Shown one piece after another: positions 37,201 through 44,624 of a stretch of DNA of 64,000 nucleotides (position 1 is the first letter of the stretch; each line of letters starts with the position of its first letter). This stretch comes from Monocercomonoides exilis PA203. Lineage: Eukaryota > Protista > Preaxostyla. The position numbers and the translations under genes are program-made. Where the stretch lies: contig LSRY02000051.1 in assembly GCA_001643675.2 (NCBI GenBank), forward strand, positions 310,001 to 374,000. Reading direction: 5' to 3'. The notes beneath the pieces were generated by a model that was not told the DNA's origin, did no database searches, and worked only from the letters and a program-made list of their open reading frames with translations.

Positions 37201-37457
37201 AAGCAGAGGTGGCAGGGCAGAAAATCTTAAATGGGGAGAGACCAAACTTGCATTGGATAGCAAATTCTTGCTTGGCAGAATTGGTAAAAAGTTGCGTGAC
37301 ACAGCTTCCAGCTGATAGACCATCGCTCATCAACACGAAAAAGGAATTCTTTCAGATTTTTCCTCCAGGAGTCATGATTGTAACGGTATCCGATGCAATT
37401 GATTTTGTTGAAGACACAAATGGACATTACAATGATAGAAGAGATGCTACAAATTGA
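25212..37457 (+). CDS. 4,081-aa single-exon type I membrane protein: Cys-rich parallel beta-helix (Pmp/pectin-lyase-like) ectodomain, TM helix, degenerate kinase C-lobe
   Basis: Hydrophobic N-terminus, repeated GGA(I/L)/GGG(I/L) and F..N.A..G motifs, and eight CG-x5-C modules. TM segment WMLISIVLIVILLIVLIVSVMLAV followed by RWKK. C-terminus has LRWKAPEL...VFSIGMMLWECL..EIPF...GERP...DRPS. Confidence 0.88.
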   Translation: MKIISSLLIIVFCIDDILNKQKENDKSLELCSCFKKDKLLNNNINNDYYSGLLKTNKNQNISHAIANHREIFTTEIISSMRLVNTSMIIVRLSIVSCFSSNAFSVAFSNLSIHSSTLHHNMQTNLSFCLCDAGNIEFSNISTNAIVSGRAFPPFISTSTSCLSLFVSLHATVDKSLFRDLSIYPCSSLFGDENFECLILHSSYFSNITSSKKQHKERISSCSNSIENCFFDKVDTPYYGTVASGLTTSATFSSSNCSFQQCLSPTTPGIRKEISQEGTYTFSDTFFHSLDGAEGGALRILIKSNVDISSCEFHNCSATGHGGGICNLCKQIVLLQVNASNFSVCSAATYSGGGIMCYYQQNTVISKCCFNSCISARGGGGLAFIRYPVNCSVIDSIFKKCVDETNNLLYSGGGISMADATDAKISNCIFQENIAPYGGGMSLTTDGPYGGEFSAKVIFCFFDQNTALICGSDMMISQGWTSKIQRSMIDNCLSLTTSVKRVMNGTSNDISFLIPFGFNSFVINSINGTDNCACGMPNRKCRSIAFASTLINSDVETIFIFVESSELSEEEWNIGPNKIYLQKAVNESAIIKTKHTASSWITLTTGYMRIEGFEILHDTSSSSRNLSLFAITSTGTIILSCCHIHTNEAHFSESVMSCPVFTLQGGLLILENSSIDSYHLNAEPVLLFSSESSLLLSNFTADALVRNSGNGGAIKGEIGCNMLVKIDGGSFENCSTNNGNGGALAFIILPGGELNIGNVSSLWQNNNIQSCKCNSLDPMDIQFGYGGGIYLYLSEGADAFCLSQIQFNGCWASCSGHSVFINATKLSSVINLSTIAYPLDLNCFTDICGCEQDEIANNEQIPLVLYLRQPPIIAYVNGRTNGHNNSACGFSDYPCATIVDVAHYIFPSSERRIVLLDTFSFDCPLDLVGESYSISTQSNSAHISVAVTCADNRTMLICCTCDTTFTNITFDLSSSLNGPSVFIHSAQGQLKLLNTSMRMNSDITGVDFSFICVASGSFVIQGFCVACNDKVVFRDTVFISLSNNESCLIENLNLNGTFSNSMKGLISDNSTGSTTFQNCSFSRCEQDGKGIINSQNGSALTIQNVSFASICCSQTNGCAISLQTNDESEHVISVSDCLFDSCSLSGAGFGGAGIYASLNSFSSFEVTKTSFTKCCAPFNEGSGGKGGAMRLTLIDNNASFKIGATVVFEDNNAEFGKQLFLQSPELKGCVKTESICFYSEASPFPLDWCMGVDEKMQTIFVPLVLFLIGREEVVYVSANGFDNCVCGFESFKCRTMDYAFHQIENSHKHLCISSNYSLNEVLILDDPYGYSIEGFMQRSALHMIGNNTEVFEMISIENVVNLSFFSIVIMPKLFSTQRILFHIAKQASNLSLFRCQALCVDGESNVEYTIIQVTAGSITAENFEVQSISFIVGPMISIINSGHAFLDSCSLINITSDSAEGLICCESNGILKIVNTSMTNSHSTRGCFTAVNTGSLFLMRNCAFYNMSCDNSNGSVFCGMLKYGCVIDISDINMTKCSVRTGNGGSIYVSMSSRSCLFINSNNSAGNSFYSCEAHNANSIAGCGGAIYVRCLENDNELILSDLAFGCSASKNTADSGGNNIFLEGGCLSNLVTKKSFNFSFSYYPNESSDLNDLMGFDEEDITITIPLVLFLREFHLPAYIGNNGNDILHCGYSDYPCKTLPFVLSKRISEPSGHIRFLPSFTLYDRLVLETAILVFDAEEKGSIIEISPNGNGEGEALIELKANTTFSDLNFCIPCSFATSRNSLFGIREFSLCLVECSFGPLDITSKLTYCFIDVSQGELLLSNITLEYALIGASGLIVVSGAGSSAFINGLILHVVNNSNSHALLKISSHSSLTISNSLLEKLTMPDACLIEVEDTSTLTMKNNTFQKLTSEAGNGAAVAGTVGAGKAFSVSNCSFYNCSCISSGSLGGALLVDVKKDGSWNFDRNNVEQCTVPWQTGHGGGLFLRFAHTAIDYSMRNICFTSNDAHIGTDVYLLCPSPQDILLIHNWEVSVNEGDPNNTKWVHDDLSAPPVDASILYFLFPPNSEIIYVMSRAESNPNCGDEIYPCKHLIDGFHKLGQTKSIIHIIDSNNLTEKIDRNGMSLTIRGPSSDSKSALQINDSGSFSLTEGTSLTALTITNLVFNIAEACSSQQLFFVVVGRAKLVSCEFVVDEDARTNAISMWLFHGSGGDIQLSSVAINNMKFGLSAGILKMNFGVFSAERCSLKTVAIDKHAILLNECSKAHIGNESTFESCVSNNGNGALLHATLSENEELIMRNVSIYLCCVNETIGKGGGLYFNMQNQKQPRYLLSNVAFGGNKAMHGNDMYAYCNDLNNTIKPEYFVSVSFSSTTSDKLAAAGTDSTKFRDILVDLFLLLKQGSFNTAHLSSADGLDLLGCGAEDYKCMTFWRTFQNTNDNSSDKNIIIHDAAVINNKYDLSSYIIRSAEERERAFLNFSSTIYSRDAQSVISNSMHLSFANITFSIPSRFASLQSVLISSSSANASLEISNSSFITDEENEIIFHLVSSTAGTFVIENCSLISLFFLLVPFNLAGEGQILNCEFKSIQSNSEDKGGALKYTASETERIIIKNIKAVSCKCSTISGKGGFVYADCSASRLSDPFVLIENIHFKGNMAQMGMNVFITSSDLNKTINPQTFAFNYSTMIDEISSFFGSDLEQQETDLFRFLVQYINNSIYVSSNGFDVLRCGNEADPCKTFWKGIQNMDFENQENTLIVSGSTLVQDKYILPTFTICAQNTRKNIEESTYATLCFEMDPSKQHGGSITSEENMRLFMITILISEKFVNEENAIVINENDELNLEKITFQANTTVANPGSYCFVLMKKGILKCTFLLIDASWMKDSALVISSGCTCLFKSANARSLYFNDGCFINIKDQDEMTSRGSTSIIASSCSILNVLKASLGSCVFCSSSEECVSFAINDSSLEACKSSSSEEGGAIEFQLNFKGSFIVSESNITQCGCSTTIGKGGGVFLQSKEIGKLNFEFVKCSFIGNTAWKGRDIFIKCHCISTQINETQFRFDLREEFYNRIDAIYGSDQLTKIPSDLMDYITILQLSTIVVSASSHKNGQNCRQCGTSVLPCATVDYGMGHVVPGEDSKMRIDEESTVEKELDLRNITFTSKGKLRCSLIITPLIQQSRDHIIQISNEVEFSNINFVFIGSFKAEYSCVLSSYGGYLILKESSFSCNTTGKSDIPILLKCDFTISVIQKCCLFNLSIPGFMRCSNGELTISETTVKDTFFSSYLYSFGTSPCKVQMKEMQVMDSIFDEDSLIQFHGASEDSYSFNRDFSQSSISISLSLFCNLSAQEGVSTVVSMDMLHFASILNNCTFVQCTSFPEQAGIVFASSDSQIQIDCCLFDGVPINEPNVVINTNSDNLHKYCKWNGSLVHSANSSLMMKDVIISNSLSGGFSVSAGDATIEKGEFLNNNPFIEKYPSFRRNVICSDSASLTISSLKGGDGLKDNSSLWILNDGCTLEGLAAERPSPFFIPKLEDVSANENGSHIVVKFEGSLFVPCDLSFRLVYKTGDVELVETYQFEEDSFVSETEVIGRISSGNISSASDETEVSVMILFGKQLAATSPLILKNKTEPKTGDEKVVEGGKEGKSNWMLISIVLIVILLIVLIVSVMLAVRWKKQKRRTEELEEIVNDTVKKDPKAFEMVTMEMSPEEQWRRAEREAEKKNEERMKKRVYDTNMQHSESSEHLLSESGSTEYILGKDSDKIPEWALEKEDEEEVRKRSPSPSISSTSTTSTTDSDSTFVRGEDLCPTTSSMSNLVDAMACSSPHEKLIVDLRDSLFMLLHGSNKTKEMPIGSLKEREQTAAQILFWVANLAIHSFDEMENPLQSLASLSPHIVLFSEHMVICIVMHSDFLSSDDSSDSSSISSLTVVTSSSSNISVMSERFTDSPPPSSAFEDDDDIRKECLRWKAPELMMNKKMGATKESVVFSIGMMLWECLALEIPFGEYEAEVAGQKILNGERPNLHWIANSCLAELVKSCVTQLPADRPSLINTKKEFFQIFPPGVMIVTVSDAIDFVEDTNGHYNDRRDATN

Positions 37458-38943
37458 ATGTTTTTTATCCATAAGATAAAGTCCAAGCGAAAAGTTTCTT
37501 CAATCAGAATATAATGAGCATCAACATTTTTGAAGAACTAAATCTTTCATCAGTAATAATTTCTTCGAAGCTAAATTTCATAATTCTATAATACAAATAA
37601 ATGAAAAGAAATAGCAAACCATTTATGCTCGTTCAAAAGGCATTCACAAGTTAAATTTGCAAAGTTCAATCCATAAAATAATTTTTTATCTCCAAATTAT
37701 TTTTTTTTTCTATTTTGAGTAGAACTCCACAGGAAGTGAACTCTTCTGTTGATGATTTAATATTGCTCTTTATTTGATTTCAAAACTTTTGTAATAAATT
37801 CATCATTCATAGAGTTTGAAAGATTGTGAAAACAACGAAGATTTGTTTCCTTATTCATCTCCTGATAAATATATCTCTCGCACCAGAAATGAAAAATATG
37901 CCTAAATTCAAACGTGATTGTTAAGCGATCAGTTTCAAATTGCAACATTCATTATCATGCACAAATGTTGGATAAATTCGGAAAAATAAAATGACTTCAA
38001 ACTTCAAACTTTTTTTCTTTTGCTAAGACGCTTTTTTAAAATGCATATTTGATTGAATGCCTTATATGTACCTTAATGGTTGATCCAAATATTTTGAGCT
38101 GCATGAAATGAAGAAAAATAAAGAACTCGCTTGAACAAATTTTGTTTCAAAGTTCCTCGATTCGTTGAATTGGGCAAAAATAAAAAAGGAAAGGAAAAAA
38201 ACTCATCCATCTCATTTGTATATTTTCATGAAAGCTAAAGATATCTTCTTATTTGCTGAAAATCAAAAGAATCAAATGCAAATTAATAAAGCTTCAAAGT
38301 CCTTTAAATCAAAACAAAGAATAGAAAATCACTTTTCAAAAAATACAAAATAAAAGCTTCAATAATGTGCGCACAAAAAGGAGACTTTCATCTCATATGT
38401 TTTCGAAGAAAGCCGGTAATTGGCATCACTTTTTCTTTGGAGAGTATCGCACGTCGTTTCAATGCCCGCAAGAAAAAAATCTTCCAGACTCAAGAAGTGT
38501 TCAACCTCCATCAATCACAACTCATCATGATCAAGATCTCTTTCATACCTCATGAAATTCTAGCAATAATCATTTCCATATTGATCGCGTATCCATAATA
38601 AATAACTTTGATCAATTCTTCGAAATCGTCAAATACTCAGACTTTTCAAATTTGAGCAGTTTCACAACGAGAATGATAACGTAGAAGCGCTGAGATTTCC
38701 ATTTTAATTTTTGTTGATTGAAGAAAATTTTGTGATTTTAAAAAAACAAAAAATATTCACTTTAAATGTAATTTATTGAATATGTGTGATTGAATGCAAA
38801 GCATTCTTTTCATATAACACAAAAAACATGGCTGAATTTCAGTAACTTTTCAATCAAGAAAATAAAAGAACAATAACATTTTCTTCAAAAATCAAAACTA
38901 CTTAGCGGTGATTTTTTTTCCCAAAATATTTTATAAACTCATA

Positions 38944-39555
38944 ATGATCTATTTTGATCAAATATCCGCTTCTGACCGTTCATAATTTTATTGTTCAAGA
39001 AATACAACGATTTCTAAAATATCACGAGAACAAAAACTTCGAGACGTAAAACTTACGTTTGAAGTTAGAAACGCCAATTCAGTATTCGAAAAAGTTATTG
39101 CTGCTCTTGATGCTTTTCCACAGAAGGTTTGTTTGATATCAGAAGCGTTAAACATTACGACCCAAAAAATTTATAGCGCTGTAAGATGTTATTGCGCCGG
39201 ACAAACTTGGAACGAAAAAAAAGTTCACACAAGGCCTTGTTTGCTTAACTTCGAGGGTGAAGAAAAGGTGCTGAACATTGTTCATGAAAAATATCAACAA
39301 CATTATGGAATAACAACACAAGAATTAAGTGAAATCATTTATTCGGAAATGCAAAGACAAAATTTGAAATCATTAAGGATGTCTCTTCACTTTGGACTTA
39401 ATCCTGTTATCAAGCATTTTGATAAACAACTTGTGCCACCTTCTCCAGCATATGTGTCAGGATTTATTTCTAAGCACAATCTGAAAGTTCTCTCTCCATC
39501 TAATATCACACCAGCAAAAATGAATGCAGCATTCATGTCAAACATAAGAGCATGG
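38944..39555 (+). pseudogene. pogo-type (DDE_1/CENP-B-like) transposase, N-terminal DNA-binding part (5' half of an interrupted gene)
   Basis: Frame is open from 38986 to 39555; an in-frame ATG at 38944 is followed by TAA at 38983. HTH-like segments ISEALNITTQKIYSAV and PSPAYVSGFISKHNL. Joins in frame to 43180. Confidence 0.78.
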
Positions 39556-42500
39556 GGCATAGGTGTATTTAAGGTCCTTTTCCAATACTTGGTTATTCTT
39601 AAAAACATTACAATAAATATAAAGTAGATTTAATAATAAAACATTTGTATGGACTGGAATTTTGAAATTCTTTCTAATCCTTGAGAAAAAACTAATTTTT
39701 AAAATGACCCATAGATATGAGTATTTTTTCAAAATTTTAATAAAAATTGATAATTTTGAAACAAAAAGTAGATGAAATGTTATTAATTGTAATATTGTCC
39801 TATTTTAATAATAAAAATTTGAGAATTAAAACATTAAAAAAAATAAATTAAAAATTTAAAATATTTTGATCAATCCCACAATAATATTTCATATTTCCAA
39901 AAAATTAGAATTAGTTTTCTTTTGTCATAAATTGGACTACTGTTTAAGGCTTATTAAAAAATGAAAAATATGAATATTGACATAAAATATACATAGATAT
40001 GTTATTTTGAATACATTCTATTTTTGATGTTTATGAATAATTCATGAATTTTTAAAATGCAGATATATATTATAAGAAAAGATAATATTGTTATATGTTT
40101 TATGTCTTATCGATCTTTTTTGATAATATTGCAATGAATATATCGTCCAATTCTTTTCAATTAGTGAACTTTAAGTTGTTGTTTTTTTCTTTTCTAATAT
40201 TCTTTCACAATACGTTCATTTCATTTTTCAAGAGCAACAAAAAATAATACAAACATACGATTAATGTTATATAATAAGCAACGATAATAACTTGCTTATT
40301 TTTGAATGTGTTATAAAATTTGGATTCATTAATTATTTAAAAAAATCAGCAAAACAACAACAAAAACAACAAGAAAAAGGAAAACCAGAATAAGTTTAAA
40401 GTTTTCCAATTGATGAGTTGTCAAAACGATCAATTGCTGTCAGTATTAGAATTTGATATTATTTTCCTCAATAAATGAATCACTTCACCCAAAGTGGGTC
40501 TGCTATCTGGTTCATCTGCCAACATCTTCTCCATCAGCTCAATTAGCTCCTCTTCTTCGATTCCTTCTGTCAGTGGTCGCACTCCATCCCTCATCATCTC
40601 CTGTGCTTCTTCTGCTTCACACTCGCTCAATGGAACTTCCCCTGTTGTCATTTCATGGAGTATTATTCCAAGCGTGAAAACAACTGCTTTTTCTATTTCC
40701 TCATCTTCCTCTTCAGGCGCCTTCCATCGCTTCATTTCTTCCTTCTGCTTTTCATCCTCCAATTCTTCAGTCAATAGGTAAATTTCATTATTTCCTTCTT
40801 CAATAAAGATTGTATATGGACACAACTGCCTCCCCATCATTTCCACCCTTTCGTCTCCAACTGAAATCAAATGCTCAAACAATTCTGCTACTGCCAACAC
40901 CACTTCCTTCCCATCAACAACATCCATCGCTCTTGTTCCCAATGTGAAATCACCTTGCACTGAATGAATCACAGAATGCAACGTTTTGATATTCTTTTTC
41001 TCCTTTTCTCGAAATGGCTTCTTTGCTGATATCACGTTGAATGAATGAGATTGTGGCATCCCAGAAACAGAATCATTCTCGGACAATGGCAATGGAGATT
41101 TCAAATCTGGCAGACCATTTTTATTCAGAATTTCATTGTTCATTGACGGGGGTTCTGGAAGATCTTCTTCATCGTTGTCAATCAGAAGTGGAATTTGGCT
41201 CGTCATCCCTTCCAGCAGTGTGGATGGAATTTCACTCATCTCAAAGCTCCCTCCATTGTTTTCCCTTCTTCTCCTCTCTATCTTCCCCTATATCTCCTTG
41301 CTTTCAAATCTCTCTTTCTCAACTCTCTTTTCTGATTCTCTCAGTTTCTTTCACAGAAACACAACCACCACAACAAACAAACCAACAAAAATCACCAGAA
41401 CAACAATGCACCCAATAAACGCAAACAAACACCATTCAATTTTATCCTCTCCTTCAGCCACTTTTTCATCTCCTTTTGGTTCAGTCTCACCATTGTTCTT
41501 CAGAATAAAAGAATCAGTTGATGATGGATTATTGCCATCCCCAAACAGGATGCTCACTTTCACTTCTGCTTCATCTTCCGCCTCACTTATCCTCTCCTTT
41601 GGTATTCCCCCTTCAACTTCTGTCTCCGACACATATCCACTTTCACCAAATTCATCCTTCTCAATCTGCTTTTCTTCTCCCATCTGTTTCACAACCATGA
41701 ATGACAAGTCGCATGGCAGCATCTCCTTCCCTTTACACACAATCTCCACTTCTTCTCCCACTTCAATTGCTTCAACACTCTTCAGAACTGGGATGAAGAA
41801 AGGAGATGCCCTTTCCCCTGCTATCCCTCTCAAATCACATCCATCATTAAAAATCCAAAGTGAACAATTGGTCATCACTCCATCTCCGCCTTTCAAGCTC
41901 GAAATGGTCAATGAGGCAGAATCTGAGCAAATGATGTTTCGACGATGAGTAGGATATTTTCCATTGAATGGATTGTTATTCAAAAATTTCCCTTTCTCAA
42001 TTACAACGCTTCCTCCACTCATTGTTATTCCACTTTCTGGTGAATTTGCAATAGTTATATCTTTCATCATCACAGAACTCTTCACAATATCAACAAGAGA
42101 TCATTCCCATCTGCACATCTCTTCTTCTTTATTCCGAGCTTGTTCATTTCTTTCCTTTGAACTCCCATCGAATATGCAAATGTCCATTTTCACATCCAAA
42201 CAATCCTCAACTTTCATCAATTTTCATTTTGTGGTATTTGAACTTATTCCAGCTGTTGTGTTATTTGCTTAATGCACAGCCCTTTTTAAATAAAATGTTA
42301 AAATCTATTTATTTCACTGAACAAAGATAATATTTTGAAGGAATCAATAAAACTATATTCTTCAACATTTGCTCCGTGACTGAAGTATTTCAATCCAAAA
42401 AATGTGAAATGCAATCTCAAAATTTCATCCAGCAAAACATGCTCCTCCCCTCTCCTTTGAAATGAAACACCAAAAGCATTGACTTCTATTTCGTTTTTAA

Positions 42501-43171
42501 CGTTCAACAATGATTCGTCAAAAATATTTCGAAATTCAACTTGTTAAGTCCGAATACATAATTAAATAAAGAAAATAATTGAAAAAAAATGTTTCTCACA
42601 CTTTGTTAGTGCCTATATTTTCATGATCGTCATGTAAAAATACAAACATCCTCAAACTGTACAATAATATTCATTTTTTGAAATCATAATTAAAATTTTT
42701 AAAAAATAGAATGATTCATTGATAATATTTCATCATAAACGAAAAGACAATATATGTATATGTGATATATTATATGATCTCAAACGATGGTTCAATTCAT
42801 AACAAAAGAAAGCAAATTCTAATTTTTTGGAAATATGAAATATTATTGTGGGATTGATCAAAATATTTTAAATTTTTAATTTATTTTTTTTAATGTTTTA
42901 ATTCTCAAATTTTTATTATTAAAATAGGACAATATTACAATTAATAACATTTCATCTACTTTTTGTTTCAAAATTATCAATTTTTATTAAAATTTTGAAA
43001 AAATACTCATATCTATGGGTCATTTTAAAAATTAGTTTTTTCTCAAGGATTAGAAAGAATTTCAAAATTCCAGTCCATACAAATGTTTTATTATTAAATC
43101 TACTTTATATTTATTGTAATGTTTTTAAGAATAACCAAGTATTGGAAAAGGACCTTAAATACACCTATGCC
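39556..43171. mobile_element. Non-autonomous long-TIR DNA element 2 (3,616 bp) carrying a host gene fragment; 8-bp TSD GAGCATGG
   Basis: TIRs at 39556-39912 and 42815-43171 (357 bp, no mismatch seen by eye). Termini are GGCATAGGTGTA...TACACCTATGCC. TSD copies lie at 39548-39555 and 43172-43179. Confidence 0.95.
40430..42270 (-). pseudogene. 5'-truncated receptor-kinase-like family gene: juxtamembrane domain, TM and degenerate kinase (cargo of element 2)
   Basis: ORF 41351-42085 has NNPFNGKYPTHRRNIICSDSASLTISSLKGGDG and TM WCLFAFIGCIVVLVIFVGLFVVVVVFL. ORF 40430-41239 has MKRWKAPE, VFTLGIILHEMTTGEVP and RPTL. The two are separated by stops or a frameshift. Confidence 0.85.
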
Positions 43172-43179
43172 GAGCATGG

Positions 43180-44082
43180 TTCAATTTTATGTTTAACAAA
43201 GATATCAAGCCATCTGTCAACAAGCTTAATATATTTAACGCAGACGAATGGAATGCTGATTTTTGTTCTTCCCAAAAATTAATCGTATATGCCGAAGCCA
43301 AAAGAGCACCTGATTCCACAGAAGATCACTCTTATAATCATATATCAATAATGACCACCATTGGACCATCTTGCATAGCTCCTCCACCATTTATCATTAT
43401 TTCTGCATTGAAAACGGTTCCTCCTGAACTTTTGGAGTACAAAAAAGCAGGTTCATGCGAAATTCACGTTAATGCATCAGGAAGGATGGACAGAAATGCT
43501 TTCTACTGTTATGCTGTTCATTTCTGCTCGTGGGTAACAATTTGTAGGTCGCTCGGAGTTATTCAACACAATTCTCCCGTTTTTTTGATTCTTGATGGTC
43601 ATCCATCTCGTCTTTGCTCTTCAGCTTTGGTTTTATTTGCAAAATATTTTATATTCGTTTTCACACTACCTGGAAATTTGACTCACATAATGCAACCTTT
43701 TGATGTTGGAATTGCTTGTCCTCTTCGAAACGCATTCAGGAAGCTGATGAGGAGAAGGAAAATTAAGTGGGTGGAGGAGCACAATGATGGACAAAAAATG
43801 AAAGCCGCTGACAGAAGAAAATTAATCGTTGAGTGTGCAATTGATGCAGAAAAGACATCAACATCATTACTTAACAAGGAGAACGCATTCAGGACAACAG
43901 GATTGTTCCCAATCAATCCAGAAATCTTGATTTCAAATCCGTATGTTTCTGATGTTACAGAAGACCCTAAGTATCCAGATGGGATTAGGACAGGAGAATT
44001 TGAAGTTCCTTTTAAATGGTTAACAAGTCCAAGTTTTATTTTTTCACTTCAAAAAAGAGAAATGGAAAAAAGAATAAAATAA
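43180..44082 (+). pseudogene. pogo-type DD35D transposase, catalytic domain (3' half of an interrupted gene)
   Basis: IFNADE, FLILDGHPSR and LPGNLTHIMQPFDVG, with 35 residues between the 2nd and 3rd Asp; also AFRTTGLFPINP. Confidence 0.92.
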
Positions 44083-44624
44083 ATATTTACACTAAATAAA
44101 TGATCGAATAAGATCATTATGAATTATTGAATCGTTTTGAATAAAAAACACGACGCTATTCATATCATTGTGCATCTCAAACAACAGCTACATATGCGCC
44201 AATTCAATTTTGAACCAAAAGGATAAAAGCTCTTTTGACTTTTGTTTTAGAATGTGAATAATAGGAAAACAAACATATTTCACTGCGCAGTTTTTTCAAA
44301 AATAAATAAAAAAAATAAAAATAATAAAAAAATAAATAAAAAATAAAAATCTCGAAAGCAATAATTAGAAAAAAATAAAAATTTGAAATTTGAAATAATA
44401 ATAATAAAACAAAATATAAAAATAAAATATCAAAACAACAATTATAAACATAAAACAAAAATGAAACACTCTGGAACATTTTCAGTAAAGAAAATCAAAA
44501 ATTTAACACAACAACAAATATATATATCTTTTTTTGACCTTCTAAAAGCGAAGCTCTTTTCCGAATAAAAATGTTGTAACAAAATAAAAGAATACCGAAA
44601 TAAAAGTATCGATGGACTTTCTGG

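Noticed and set aside
38365-38702. Minus-strand frame with several TGA codons, suggesting TGA reassignment
   Set aside because: No recognisable protein, and TGA ends real genes here (SCAI, the 4,081-aa gene, the 51611 gene).
42298-42510. 70-aa ORF inside element 2 as a remnant of its own transposase
   Set aside because: No convincing DDE or other motif; needs a profile search.
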